From Bacillus subtilis subsp. subtilis str. 168 (GTDB taxonomy: Bacteria > Bacillota > Bacilli > Bacillales > Bacillaceae): a DNA stretch of 64,000 bases. Numbering within the stretch: the first letter of the stretch is position 1; each line of letters begins with the position of its first letter. The stretch is taken from positions 1,612,001 through 1,676,000 of the forward strand of contig NC_000964.3 of NCBI RefSeq assembly GCF_000009045.1, read 5' to 3'. Shown here in pieces: positions 35,953-46,929 of the stretch. The notes below the pieces were generated by a model. The model worked only from the letters and a program-made list of their open reading frames with translations, did not search any database and was not told the origin of the DNA. The translations under genes were made by a program, and so were the position numbers.

Positions 35953-37282
35953 TGTTCGTGACATCGCCCTTGAGGCGCTGATCAAATTAGAACAAAACCA
36001 GGCATACAGCAACCTGCTGCTGAAATCGGTCATTAAATCAAATGAACTGAGTGATCAGAACAGAGGGCTTTTGACTGAACTTGTCTATGGTACATTACAA
36101 AATAAGATCGCGCTTGATTATATGCTTAAACCGTTTATCAATAAGCCTCAAAAGGTAAAGCCGTGGGTGATTCAGCTTCTTCGCCTATCCTTATATCAAA
36201 TGGAGTATTTGGAGAAGATTCCAGACAGGGCAGCCATTCATGAAGCGGTTGAGATTGCTAAAATCCGCGGACACAAAGGCATTGCTTCATTTGTCAACGG
36301 CGTGCTCCGTTCTATTCAGCGCGAAGGTGTTCCATCCTTTGACGCGATCGAAGATCCTGTCCGCCGGCTGGCGACAGAAACAAGCCATCCGGAATGGCTT
36401 GTGAAAGAGTGGGCGGATGCGTATGGATTTGAAGCTGCGGAAAAGATTTGCCGCATCCATCTCATTCCGCCGAAACAGACGCTGCGTGTCAATCAAATGA
36501 AAGCAGACAGAGCTGAGCTGCTTGACCAAATGGCTGCTGAGGGAATCGAAGTTGAAAAAGGCGACCTCGCTGAAGATGCTGTGAAGCTCTTAAAGGGAAC
36601 AATTGCCGGAACTCATTTCTTCCAAAACGGCGAAGTTTCTATCCAGGATGAGAGCTCCATGCTCGTCGCCCGCGCCCTTGATCCTAAGTCAGATGAAACA
36701 GTGCTTGACGCGTGTGCGGCGCCTGGCGGAAAGTCGGCTCATATCGCAGAATTAATGAAGAACAAGGGGAGCGTTACGTCGCTTGATCTTCACAAACATA
36801 AAGTGAAGCTGATCAAAGAAGCGGCAGATCGGCTTGGCCTGACAATCATTCATGCGGAAACAATGGATGCTAGAAAAGCGGGGGAAACGTTTGAAAACGA
36901 ACAGTTTGACCGAATATTGGTCGATGCCCCGTGCTCAGGTTTCGGTGTTATCAGAAGAAAGCCGGACATGAAATACACGAAAAAACCTGACGACAGCGCC
37001 CGTCTAGCTGAAATCCAGCTGTCGATCTTGAGGGAAATCGCACCATTAGTAAAAAAAGGTGGCACTCTTGTCTACAGTACGTGTACAATGGACCGGACAG
37101 AAAATGATGAAGTAATACATGCGTTTATACAAGAACATCCTGATTTTGAACCCGATTTGTCTCTTGAAAAGCGGCTGCCTGAAAAGGTGAGACCCTTTGT
37201 TCGGGATGGAAGGCTTCAAATCCTTCCTCATTATTTCGGAACAGATGGTTTCTTTATTTGCAGCATGAGAAAGAAGGGATAA
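35939..37282 (+). CDS. rsmB: 16S rRNA m5C967 methyltransferase RsmB (YloM)
   Basis: NusB-like N-terminus; [15 protein letters not shown] and YSTCT motifs. Confidence 0.97.
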   Translation: MKKTSVRDIALEALIKLEQNQAYSNLLLKSVIKSNELSDQNRGLLTELVYGTLQNKIALDYMLKPFINKPQKVKPWVIQLLRLSLYQMEYLEKIPDRAAIHEAVEIAKIRGHKGIASFVNGVLRSIQREGVPSFDAIEDPVRRLATETSHPEWLVKEWADAYGFEAAEKICRIHLIPPKQTLRVNQMKADRAELLDQMAAEGIEVEKGDLAEDAVKLLKGTIAGTHFFQNGEVSIQDESSMLVARALDPKSDETVLDACAAPGGKSAHIAELMKNKGSVTSLDLHKHKVKLIKEAADRLGLTIIHAETMDARKAGETFENEQFDRILVDAPCSGFGVIRRKPDMKYTKKPDDSARLAEIQLSILREIAPLVKKGGTLVYSTCTMDRTENDEVIHAFIQEHPDFEPDLSLEKRLPEKVRPFVRDGRLQILPHYFGTDGFFICSMRKKG

Positions 37283-37285
37283 GCA

Positions 37286-38377
37286 ATGGCAGAACTTAAT
37301 AAAACAAAAGTAAGAAAAGAATTGCGGACAGAGCGTCCGTCTATTTATTCTTTTGAATTAGATGAAATCAAACAATGGCTGACAGACAATGGAGAGAAAC
37401 CGTTCCGTGCAGCCCAGATCTTTGAATGGCTATATGAAAAACGCGTATCTTCTTTTGAAGATATGACAAACCTCTCAAAGGATCTGCGTGAGAAATTAAA
37501 CACTCGCTTTGTGTTAACAACGCTGAAAACGGCTGTTAAACAAACCTCTCAAGACGGTACGATGAAGTTTTTGTTTGAGCTTCATGACGGTTATACCATC
37601 GAAACCGTTTTAATGAGACACGAGTATGGCAATTCTGTATGTGTAACGACACAAGTCGGCTGCCGTATTGGCTGCACATTCTGCGCGTCAACGCTTGGAG
37701 GCTTAAAACGAAACCTTGAAGCAGGGGAAATTGTCGCTCAAGTAGTCAAAGTGCAAAAAGCTCTTGATGAAACGGATGAACGCGTCAGCTCTGTCGTGAT
37801 CATGGGAATCGGCGAACCTTTTGATAACTTTAACGAAATGCTCGCTTTCTTGAAAATCATTAACCATGACAAGGGCCTGAATATCGGTGCTCGCCATATT
37901 ACGGTCTCTACGAGTGGAATCATCCCGAAAATTTACGAATTTGCTGATCAGCAAATGCAGATTAACTTTGCAATTTCTCTGCACGCGCCGAACACAGAAA
38001 TCAGAAGCCGTTTGATGCCGATTAACAGAGCATATAAACTGCCTGATCTAATGGAAGCCGTTAAATATTATATTAATAAAACAGGACGCCGTATCAGCTT
38101 TGAATACGGGCTGTTCGGAGGCGTAAACGACCAGGTGGAACACGCCGAAGAGCTTGCCGACTTGCTGGAAGGAGTCAAATGCCACGTGAACTTGATTCCG
38201 GTAAACTACGTGCCTGAACGGGACTATGTGCGCACACCGCGTGATCAGATTTTTGCTTTTGAAAAAACGCTGAAATCCCGCGGAGTAAATGTCACAATCC
38301 GAAGAGAGCAAGGACATGACATTGACGCAGCCTGCGGTCAGCTTCGCGCGAAGGAGCGTCAAGACGAGACGAGGTGA
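37286..38377 (+). CDS. rlmN: Radical SAM rRNA/tRNA m2A methyltransferase RlmN (YloN)
   Basis: [14 protein letters not shown] and IDAACGQL motifs. Confidence 0.98.
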   Translation: MAELNKTKVRKELRTERPSIYSFELDEIKQWLTDNGEKPFRAAQIFEWLYEKRVSSFEDMTNLSKDLREKLNTRFVLTTLKTAVKQTSQDGTMKFLFELHDGYTIETVLMRHEYGNSVCVTTQVGCRIGCTFCASTLGGLKRNLEAGEIVAQVVKVQKALDETDERVSSVVIMGIGEPFDNFNEMLAFLKIINHDKGLNIGARHITVSTSGIIPKIYEFADQQMQINFAISLHAPNTEIRSRLMPINRAYKLPDLMEAVKYYINKTGRRISFEYGLFGGVNDQVEHAEELADLLEGVKCHVNLIPVNYVPERDYVRTPRDQIFAFEKTLKSRGVNVTIRREQGHDIDAACGQLRAKERQDETR

Positions 38378-38383
38378 TGAGGG

Positions 38384-39148
38384 TTGTTAACAGCCTTAAA
38401 AACAGATACAGGAAAAATCCGCCAGCATAATGAAGATGATGCGGGGATATTCAAGGGGAAAGATGAATTTATATTAGCGGTTGTCGCTGATGGCATGGGC
38501 GGCCATCTTGCTGGAGATGTTGCGAGCAAGATGGCTGTGAAAGCCATGGGGGAGAAATGGAATGAAGCAGAGACGATTCCAACTGCGCCCTCGGAATGTG
38601 AAAAATGGCTCATTGAACAGATTCTATCGGTAAACAGCAAAATATACGATCACGCTCAAGCCCACGAAGAATGCCAAGGCATGGGGACGACGATTGTATG
38701 TGCACTTTTTACGGGGAAAACGGTTTCTGTTGCCCATATCGGAGACAGCAGATGCTATTTGCTTCAGGACGATGATTTCGTTCAAGTGACAGAAGACCAT
38801 TCGCTTGTAAATGAACTGGTTCGCACTGGAGAGATTTCCAGAGAAGACGCTGAACATCATCCGCGAAAAAATGTGTTGACGAAGGCGCTTGGAACAGACC
38901 AGTTAGTCAGTATTGACACCCGTTCCTTTGATATAGAACCCGGAGACAAACTGCTTCTATGTTCTGACGGACTGACAAATAAAGTGGAAGGCACTGAGTT
39001 AAAAGACATCCTGCAAAGCGATTCAGCTCCTCAGGAAAAAGTAAACCTGCTTGTGGACAAAGCCAATCAGAATGGCGGAGAAGACAACATTACAGCAGTT
39101 TTGCTTGAGCTTGCTTTACAAGTTGAAGAGGGTGAAGATCAGTGCTAA
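38384..39148 (+). CDS. prpC: PP2C-type Ser/Thr phosphatase PrpC
   Basis: RQHNED, ADGMGGH, HIGDSR, CSDGL and GGEDN motifs; TTG start. Confidence 0.98.
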
Positions 39149-41088
39149 TCGGCAAGCGGATCAGCGGGCGTTACCAAATTCTCCGCGTCATAGGCGGCGG
39201 GGGAATGGCCAACGTGTATTTAGCTGAGGATATCATTCTAGACCGTGAAGTCGCAATTAAAATCCTGCGGTTTGACTATGCAAATGACAATGAATTTATC
39301 AGACGTTTCCGCAGAGAAGCCCAATCCGCATCAAGCCTCGATCACCCGAATATTGTCAGCATTTATGATTTGGGCGAGGAAGATGATATTTATTATATTG
39401 TCATGGAATACGTTGAAGGCATGACGCTTAAAGAATACATAACAGCAAATGGGCCGCTTCACCCTAAAGAAGCGCTGAACATCATGGAGCAAATTGTCTC
39501 AGCCATCGCTCATGCCCATCAAAACCAGATTGTTCACAGAGACATCAAGCCGCATAACATTTTGATTGATCATATGGGAAATATCAAAGTAACGGATTTT
39601 GGAATTGCGACGGCACTAAGTTCGACCACAATCACCCATACCAATTCAGTTCTGGGCTCGGTCCATTACTTATCACCTGAACAGGCCCGGGGCGGCTTAG
39701 CCACAAAAAAATCGGATATTTATGCGCTTGGAATCGTTCTATTTGAGCTTTTAACCGGCCGTATTCCGTTTGATGGAGAGTCAGCAGTCAGCATCGCCTT
39801 GAAGCATCTTCAAGCGGAAACTCCTTCGGCAAAAAGGTGGAATCCATCGGTCCCCCAAAGCGTTGAAAACATCATACTCAAGGCAACTGCCAAAGATCCT
39901 TTTCATCGCTACGAAACGGCTGAAGACATGGAAGCAGACATAAAAACAGCTTTTGATGCCGACAGACTCAATGAAAAGAGATTTACGATTCAAGAAGATG
40001 AAGAAATGACAAAAGCGATACCTATCATTAAAGATGAAGAACTTGCTAAAGCTGCTGGCGAAAAAGAAGCTGAAGTGACAACCGCACAAGAAAACAAAAC
40101 AAAGAAGAACGGCAAAAGAAAAAAGTGGCCGTGGGTTTTGCTCACGATATGCCTCGTTTTTATCACAGCTGGAATTCTTGCTGTCACTGTTTTTCCGTCG
40201 CTTTTCATGCCTAAGGATGTCAAAATACCTGATGTCTCCGGAATGGAATACGAAAAAGCCGCAGGGCTCTTGGAAAAAGAAGGTTTACAGGTTGATTCCG
40301 AGGTGTTGGAAATCTCAGATGAAAAAATTGAAGAGGGCCTGATGGTAAAAACGGATCCTAAAGCGGATACCACAGTCAAAGAAGGCGCCACGGTCACCCT
40401 TTATAAGAGCACCGGAAAAGCAAAAACGGAGATCGGTGATGTGACAGGCCAAACGGTCGACCAAGCAAAAAAAGCGTTGAAGGACCAAGGGTTTAATCAT
40501 GTAACAGTAAATGAAGTGAATGACGAGAAAAATGCGGGCACTGTCATTGACCAAAATCCTTCAGCAGGGACTGAGCTGGTCCCGAGTGAAGATCAAGTCA
40601 AACTTACAGTCAGTATCGGACCCGAAGACATTACGCTTAGAGACTTGAAAACCTACAGTAAAGAAGCAGCGTCTGGATATCTGGAAGACAACGGATTGAA
40701 GCTTGTAGAAAAAGAAGCATACTCAGATGATGTTCCAGAAGGACAGGTTGTCAAACAAAAACCAGCAGCAGGTACGGCAGTAAAGCCGGGAAACGAAGTT
40801 GAAGTGACATTCTCTCTCGGACCAGAGAAAAAACCTGCGAAAACAGTGAAAGAAAAGGTCAAGATCCCCTACGAACCAGAAAATGAAGGGGACGAGCTTC
40901 AAGTGCAAATCGCGGTTGACGATGCGGATCACAGCATCTCTGACACTTACGAAGAATTTAAGATAAAAGAGCCGACTGAACGAACGATCGAACTAAAGAT
41001 TGAACCAGGCCAAAAAGGGTACTATCAAGTAATGGTAAACAATAAAGTTGTCAGCTACAAAACCATTGAGTATCCGAAAGATGAATAA
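39142..41088 (+). CDS. prkC: PASTA-domain Hanks-type kinase PrkC
   Basis: [18 protein letters not shown] and DFG motifs; TM helix; three PASTA repeats; GTG start overlaps prpC by 7 nt. Confidence 0.99.
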
Positions 41089-41102
41089 CAAGGAGGGAAA
41101 AT

Positions 41103-41999
41103 ATGCCTGAGGGCAAAATTATTAAGGCGCTAAGCGGCTTTTACTATGTACTGGATGAATCAGAGGATTCAGATAAAGTAATACAATGCAGAGGAAGAGG
41201 CATTTTCAGAAAAAACAAAATTACCCCTCTTGTCGGTGATTACGTTGTGTATCAAGCTGAAAATGACAAAGAAGGATATCTAATGGAAATTAAAGAAAGA
41301 ACCAACGAGCTTATCAGGCCGCCAATTTGCAACGTTGATCAAGCGGTCCTTGTTTTCTCAGCGGTTCAGCCTTCTTTCAGCACGGCATTGCTCGACCGCT
41401 TCCTGGTTCTCGTTGAGGCCAATGATATTCAGCCGATTATATGCATTACTAAAATGGATCTGATTGAAGATCAAGATACAGAAGATACGATACAAGCCTA
41501 TGCAGAAGACTATCGGAATATTGGTTATGACGTATACCTTACCTCCTCTAAGGACCAAGATAGTTTAGCGGACATCATCCCGCATTTTCAGGATAAAACA
41601 ACGGTATTTGCCGGTCAGTCCGGTGTTGGGAAATCCTCGCTTCTCAACGCGATCAGTCCGGAGCTCGGATTAAGAACAAACGAGATTTCCGAGCATTTGG
41701 GCCGCGGGAAACACACAACCCGCCACGTGGAGCTGATTCACACGTCCGGAGGTTTGGTTGCAGATACACCGGGATTCAGCTCGCTTGAATTTACAGACAT
41801 TGAGGAAGAAGAGCTGGGCTATACCTTCCCTGATATCAGAGAAAAAAGCTCTTCATGCAAATTTAGAGGCTGTTTACATCTGAAAGAGCCGAAATGTGCG
41901 GTGAAACAAGCTGTTGAAGACGGGGAATTAAAGCAGTATCGCTATGACCATTATGTTGAATTTATGACGGAGATTAAAGACAGAAAGCCGAGGTATTAG
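41103..41999 (+). CDS. cpgA: Circularly permuted GTPase CpgA (RsgA family)
   Basis: TKMD before GQSGVGKS, then GKHTT, DTPG and a C-terminal Zn finger (C-C-H-C). Confidence 0.98.
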   Translation: MPEGKIIKALSGFYYVLDESEDSDKVIQCRGRGIFRKNKITPLVGDYVVYQAENDKEGYLMEIKERTNELIRPPICNVDQAVLVFSAVQPSFSTALLDRFLVLVEANDIQPIICITKMDLIEDQDTEDTIQAYAEDYRNIGYDVYLTSSKDQDSLADIIPHFQDKTTVFAGQSGVGKSSLLNAISPELGLRTNEISEHLGRGKHTTRHVELIHTSGGLVADTPGFSSLEFTDIEEEELGYTFPDIREKSSSCKFRGCLHLKEPKCAVKQAVEDGELKQYRYDHYVEFMTEIKDRKPRY

Positions 42000-42003
42000 C
42001 ATA

Positions 42004-42657
42004 ATGATAAAGGTTGCACCATCTATTCTTTCCGCTGATTTTGCCGCTTTAGGCAATGAGATTAAAGATGTAGAAAAAGGCGGAGCCGATTGTATTCATA
42101 TTGATGTTATGGACGGCCATTTTGTCCCGAATATCACAATCGGTCCGCTGATTGTAGAAGCGGTCCGGCCGGTAACGGATCTGCCGCTTGATGTCCATTT
42201 AATGATAGAAGAGCCGGATCGTTATATCCCGGCTTTTGCGAAAGCAGGCGCAGATATCCTGTCTGTGCATGCTGAGGCATGTCCGCACCTGCACCGTACC
42301 ATCCAGCTCATTAAAGAGCAAGGAGTGAAGGCCGGAGTAGTTCTAAACCCGCATACCCCTGTACAAGTCATCGAACATGTTTTCGACGATCTTGATCTTG
42401 TTCTTTTAATGACGGTGAACCCGGGCTTCGGCGGGCAGAAATTTATTCATTCAGTCCTTCCTAAAATAAAAGAGGTTAAGCGAATGGCGGATGAAAAAGG
42501 AAAAAAAGATCTGTTAATTGAAGTAGACGGCGGCGTCAACAAAGAAACCGCTCCGCTCGTCATTGAAGCGGGCGCAAATTTACTCGTTGCCGGTTCAGCT
42601 GTTTATGGCCAGTCTGACCGCAAAAAAGCAATTTCTGAAATCAGAGGAAGTAAATAA
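42004..42657 (+). CDS. rpe: Ribulose-5-phosphate 3-epimerase
   Basis: [29 protein letters not shown] and DGG motifs. Confidence 0.99.
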   Translation: MIKVAPSILSADFAALGNEIKDVEKGGADCIHIDVMDGHFVPNITIGPLIVEAVRPVTDLPLDVHLMIEEPDRYIPAFAKAGADILSVHAEACPHLHRTIQLIKEQGVKAGVVLNPHTPVQVIEHVFDDLDLVLLMTVNPGFGGQKFIHSVLPKIKEVKRMADEKGKKDLLIEVDGGVNKETAPLVIEAGANLLVAGSAVYGQSDRKKAISEIRGSK

Positions 42658-42667
42658 GCAGCTTTAG

Positions 42668-42703
42668 AAAAGAGCTGGGCATACAATAGCCTAAGCTCTT
42701 TTT
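42668..42703 (+). terminator. Terminator-like hairpin after rpe
   Basis: AAAAGAGCTGGGC...GCCTAAGCTCTTTTT. Confidence 0.7.
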
Positions 42704-42729
42704 CCTGTATGCAGAGAAAGGAATCAGAG

Positions 42730-43374
42730 ATGAAAACAATTAATATCGTTGCGGGAGGCCCGAAAAATCTCATTCCCGATCTAACCGGCTATACGGATGA
42801 ACACACGCTTTGGATCGGTGTTGACAAAGGCACCGTCACTCTCTTAGATGCCGGGATCATTCCTGTTGAAGCCTTCGGAGATTTTGACAGCATAACGGAG
42901 CAAGAACGCCGGCGAATAGAAAAAGCCGCTCCCGCCCTTCATGTGTATCAAGCAGAAAAAGATCAAACAGATTTAGACCTCGCCCTTGATTGGGCGCTGG
43001 AAAAGCAGCCGGATATTATTCAGATTTTCGGCATTACAGGCGGCAGAGCTGATCATTTTTTAGGAAACATTCAGCTTCTGTATAAAGGTGTAAAAACGAA
43101 CATAAAAATTAGGCTGATAGACAAACAAAATCATATTCAAATGTTCCCTCCTGGTGAATATGATATTGAGAAGGATGAAAATAAGCGATATATCTCCTTC
43201 ATACCGTTTTCCGAAGACATACATGAGCTGACCCTGACCGGTTTTAAATATCCTCTAAATAATTGTCATATTACGCTCGGTTCAACACTATGTATTAGTA
43301 ACGAACTCATTCATTCACGAGGTACTTTTTCGTTTGCAAAAGGCATATTAATAATGATAAGAAGCACGGATTAA
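42730..43374 (+). CDS. thiN: Thiamine pyrophosphokinase (YloS), 214 aa
   Basis: IGVDKG, GDFDSI, EKDQTDLDLA and GGRADH motifs. Confidence 0.96.
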   Translation: MKTINIVAGGPKNLIPDLTGYTDEHTLWIGVDKGTVTLLDAGIIPVEAFGDFDSITEQERRRIEKAAPALHVYQAEKDQTDLDLALDWALEKQPDIIQIFGITGGRADHFLGNIQLLYKGVKTNIKIRLIDKQNHIQMFPPGEYDIEKDENKRYISFIPFSEDIHELTLTGFKYPLNNCHITLGSTLCISNELIHSRGTFSFAKGILIMIRSTD

Positions 43375-43445
43375 GCATGTGCTTTCATTCAATTGCTGAA
43401 AACAATGAACAAGGCGGTTACGGGACGTTATAGGAGGGGACAAAA

Positions 43446-43526
43446 ATGAAATTTTACACCATTAAATTGCCGAAGTTTTTAGGAGGAATTGTCCGGGCGA
43501 TGCTGGGCTCATTTAGAAAAGATTAA
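43446..43526 (+). CDS. spoVM: Spore coat morphogenetic peptide SpoVM, 26 aa (absent from the ORF track)
   Basis: MKFYTIKLPKFLGGIVRAMLGSFRKD read by hand; strong SD AGGAGGGG. Confidence 0.98.
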   Translation: MKFYTIKLPKFLGGIVRAMLGSFRKD

Positions 43527-43560
43527 TGCCCAGGGGTTCAAAGCCCTCTTTCACCACATA

Positions 43561-43597
43561 AAAACGCCTGCCACATATCGGGGCAGGCGTTCATTTT
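43561..43597. terminator. Shared terminator between convergent spoVM and rpmB
   Basis: AACGCCTGCC-9 nt-GGCAGGCGTT with A and T runs on both sides. Confidence 0.85.
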
Positions 43598-43598
43598 G

Positions 43599-43799
<201 letters not shown>

Positions 43800-43870
43800 T
43801 CACTTGCACAAAACATCTACTTTTTAACATTCATATAATCTTAGATGCTTTCGATATGGATACTTTAAAT

Positions 43871-43899
43871 AATTTACCACAGCTAAAAAACGTTTGCAA
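43871..43899 (-). promoter_or_regulatory. SigA promoter of rpmB
   Basis: TTGCAA, 17 nt, TAAATT with extended -10 TG on the minus strand. Confidence 0.75.
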
Positions 43900-44063
43900 C
43901 TATTGTTTCATCATCTTTCAAGAAAATTCACTTGACATCTTGCGGAAACAGCAGCGCTATAGTATATGTAGAGGTACGGCCAGCGATTATTGCCTGGTCT
44001 TTTCATAATGGAAACCATATAGTAGAATAGCTGTAACTCTATGCATTCGAAGGAGGAACTAGT

Positions 44064-44426
44064 GTGTCCATTGAATTAAGAACGAAGTACGGACAGATTG
44101 ATATATCTAATGAAGTCATCGCGATGGTTGCAGGAGGCGCGGCGGTTGACTGTTACGGCATTGTCGGCATGGCCTCTAAAAACCAGATTAAAGACGGACT
44201 GACTGAAATCCTTCGGAAAGAGAATTTCAGCAGGGGTGTCCAAGTTCGCCAAGAAGGAGAACAGATACATATCGACATGTATATCATTGTCAGCTACGGC
44301 ACGAAAATTTCTGAAGTGGCACATAATGTCCAAACAAAAGTAAAGTACACAGTAAATCAAACCATCGGACTGGCAGTGGATTCTGTCAATATTTATGTCC
44401 AAGGCGTACGAGTGACGAACCCGTAG
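44064..44426 (+). CDS. yloU: Asp23/Gls24 family protein YloU
   Basis: GQIDISNEVIA, GIVGMA, IIVSYGTKI and VNIYVQGV family motifs; GTG start with SD AAGGAGG. Confidence 0.93.
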   Translation: MSIELRTKYGQIDISNEVIAMVAGGAAVDCYGIVGMASKNQIKDGLTEILRKENFSRGVQVRQEGEQIHIDMYIIVSYGTKISEVAHNVQTKVKYTVNQTIGLAVDSVNIYVQGVRVTNP

Positions 44427-44441
44427 TTAGGAGGAGTAGGA

Positions 44442-46103
44442 TTGTCTATCAGAACATTAGACGGCAGAACCTTTGCCGAGATGATTCTTGCGGGAGCGCA
44501 GAATCTGTCTCAAAACGCCAGTGCAGTTGATGCACTGAACGTGTTCCCGGTGCCGGACGGTGATACGGGAACAAATATGAACCTGTCGATGACTTCCGGA
44601 GCAAGAGAAGTTGAACAAATGGATACGGATGATATCGGGAAGGTGGGCTCCGCGTTATCTAAAGGGCTGCTCATGGGAGCACGCGGAAATTCAGGAGTTA
44701 TCCTATCCCAATTGTTCCGCGGATTTAGCAAAAACATTGAAACGAAAAAAGAAATTAATGCACTTGAGTTTGCCGCTGCGCTGCAAGCAGGTGTAGACAT
44801 GGCGTATAAAGCTGTCATGAAACCTGTAGAGGGCACCATTTTAACAGTTGCAAAAGACGCTGCAAAAAAAGCAATGATCTTAGCAGAAAAAGAAACCGAT
44901 ATCACTGCGCTGATGACTGCAGTGACAGAAGAAGCAGAGGCGTCTTTAAACCGCACCCCTGAATTGCTACCTGTCCTAAAGGAAGTAGGAGTTGTCGATA
45001 GCGGGGGCAAAGGCCTGCTCTGTGTGTATGAAGGTTTCCTTGCTTCATTAAAAGGTGAAACTGTACCTCAGAAAGCAGTTCTTCCGTCACTTGACGACAT
45101 GGTCAGCGCAGAGCATCACAAGAGCGCGCAAAGCATGATGAATACCGAAGATATTGAATTTGGATTCTGTACCGAAGTGATGGTTAGGCTTGATCAGACA
45201 AAAAGAGAGTTCGACGAAGGCACGTTCAGGCAAGACCTCAGCCAGTTCGGAGATTCTCTGCTTGTGATTGCGGATGAATCGCTGGCGAAGGTTCATATTC
45301 ATGCTGAAGAGCCGGGAAACGTGTTAAACTACGCCCAGCATTACGGTGAATTGATCAAAATAAAAATAGAAAATATGAGAGAACAGCATACCTCTATCAT
45401 CAGTCAAGAAAGCAAACCTGCAGACAACGAAACACCGCCGGCAAAACAGCCGTATGGCATTGTGACTGTAGCGATGGGAGAAGGAATTGCAGACCTATTT
45501 AAAAGCATTGGCGCTTCTGTTGTGATTGAAGGCGGCCAGACCATGAACCCAAGCACTGAGGATATTGTTGATGCCGTGAAGTCTGTAAATGCAGATACGG
45601 TATTTATCCTGCCTAACAACTCCAACATTATCATGGCTGCTAACCAAGCGGCCAGCGTAGTGGATGAACAGGTTTTTGTCATTCCTGCTAAAACGGTTCC
45701 GCAAGGGATGTCAGCTCTGCTGGCTTTTAACCCGGATCAAGAAGCTGAAGCGAACGAGGCCAATATGCTAAGCGCCATTCAGCAAGTAAAAAGCGGACAG
45801 GTGACGTTCTCAGTCAGAGATACTCATATTGACGGTAAAGACATTAAAAAAGGCGACTTTATGGGCATTCTGAATGGAACGATTATCGGCACTTCTGAAA
45901 ATCAGCTGTCAGCCGCGAAAATGCTGCTGTCAGAAATGATCGGAGAAGATGATGAAATCGTGACCATTCTATATGGTGAGGATGCGTCTCAGGAAGAAGC
46001 TGAGCAGCTTGAAGCGTTTCTCAGTGAAAAGTACGAGGAGATTGAGGTTGAGATCCACAATGGGAAACAGCCTCTGTATTCGTATATAGTTTCAGCAGAA
46101 TAG
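44442..46103 (+). CDS. fakA: DAK2-domain fatty acid kinase subunit A (YloV)
   Basis: NVFPVPDGDTGTNM, GARGNSG, VVDSGG, GGQTMNPS and GKQPLY motifs. Confidence 0.93.
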   Translation: MSIRTLDGRTFAEMILAGAQNLSQNASAVDALNVFPVPDGDTGTNMNLSMTSGAREVEQMDTDDIGKVGSALSKGLLMGARGNSGVILSQLFRGFSKNIETKKEINALEFAAALQAGVDMAYKAVMKPVEGTILTVAKDAAKKAMILAEKETDITALMTAVTEEAEASLNRTPELLPVLKEVGVVDSGGKGLLCVYEGFLASLKGETVPQKAVLPSLDDMVSAEHHKSAQSMMNTEDIEFGFCTEVMVRLDQTKREFDEGTFRQDLSQFGDSLLVIADESLAKVHIHAEEPGNVLNYAQHYGELIKIKIENMREQHTSIISQESKPADNETPPAKQPYGIVTVAMGEGIADLFKSIGASVVIEGGQTMNPSTEDIVDAVKSVNADTVFILPNNSNIIMAANQAASVVDEQVFVIPAKTVPQGMSALLAFNPDQEAEANEANMLSAIQQVKSGQVTFSVRDTHIDGKDIKKGDFMGILNGTIIGTSENQLSAAKMLLSEMIGEDDEIVTILYGEDASQEEAEQLEAFLSEKYEEIEVEIHNGKQPLYSYIVSAE

Positions 46104-46129
46104 AAGGGCAATTTGCCCTTCTATTCTTA
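46101..46129 (+). terminator. Hairpin including the fakA stop codon, probable terminator
   Basis: Perfect 10-bp stem TAGAAGGGCA-att-TGCCCTTCTA followed by TTCTT. Confidence 0.7.
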
Positions 46130-46168
46130 TGTCTGCTTTTAAGTGCGGCAGCGCTGTAACGCGCCCGC

Positions 46169-46197
46169 TTGCCATTTTATATCTGATCAATTAGTCT
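46169..46197 (+). promoter_or_regulatory. Candidate SigA promoter for sdaAB-sdaAA-recG
   Basis: TTGCCA, 17 nt, TAGTCT. Confidence 0.55.
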
Positions 46198-46241
46198 AGA
46201 AGCAAAGCGCTAATAAGCTCTGGTTCATAAGGAGGAATAGC

Positions 46242-46904
46242 ATGAAATACAGAAGCGTTTTTGATATTATCGGCCCGGTTATGATCGGTCCGTCCAGCTC
46301 TCATACAGCGGGAGCTGCTAGAATCGGGAGAGTGGCCAGAAGTTTATTTGGCAGAGAGCCTGAGCGCATCATTGTATCTTTTTACGGCTCGTTTGCGGAA
46401 ACGTATAAGGGCCACGGCACAGATGTCGCGATTATCGGCGGATTGCTTGATTTTGATACATTCGATGAACGGATTAAAACCGCTATACAAATTGCAGAAG
46501 CTAAAGGAATTGATATAGAGTTTCGGGTAGAAGACGCAGTCCCGGTCCACCCGAACACAGCAAAAATCACCATTTCTGATGAAAAGGGTGAGCTGGAACT
46601 GACGGGTATTTCGATTGGCGGAGGAAAGATTGAAATCACAGAATTGAATGGTTTTGAGCTCCGGCTGTCAGGAAATCATCCGGCCATATTAGTTGTTCAT
46701 AATGACAAGTTTGGCACAATTGCCGGTGTTGCCAATGTTCTGGCGAAATTTTCAATCAACGTAGGACATATGGAAGTAGCCCGGAAAGATATCGGCCAGC
46801 TTGCGCTGATGACAATAGAGGTCGATCAAAATATTGACGACCACATTCTCGACGAGCTGTCGAAGCTGCCGAATATTATTCAAGTGACAAAGATTGCTGA
46901 CTAG
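46242..46904 (+). CDS. sdaAB: L-serine dehydratase beta subunit
   Basis: GPVMIGPSSSHTAG, GHGTD and a C-terminal ACT domain. Confidence 0.98.
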   Translation: MKYRSVFDIIGPVMIGPSSSHTAGAARIGRVARSLFGREPERIIVSFYGSFAETYKGHGTDVAIIGGLLDFDTFDERIKTAIQIAEAKGIDIEFRVEDAVPVHPNTAKITISDEKGELELTGISIGGGKIEITELNGFELRLSGNHPAILVVHNDKFGTIAGVANVLAKFSINVGHMEVARKDIGQLALMTIEVDQNIDDHILDELSKLPNIIQVTKIAD

Positions 46905-46929
46905 CGAAAAGGGTCAGGAGGAGCCAGTT

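Noticed and set aside
42680-42687. Perfect SigE -10 (CATACAAT) upstream of thiN
   Set aside because: No SigE -35 at 14-nt spacing, and the motif sits in the loop of the rpe terminator-like hairpin.
43080-43380. AT-rich patches (thiN 3' end, cpgA 5' end, ylqD) as possible foreign DNA
   Set aside because: Short, inside conserved core genes, and with no mobility or boundary signatures.
43405-43449. 14-codon ORF ending in an ATGA overlap with spoVM
   Set aside because: No SD and very short; spoVM has its own strong SD.
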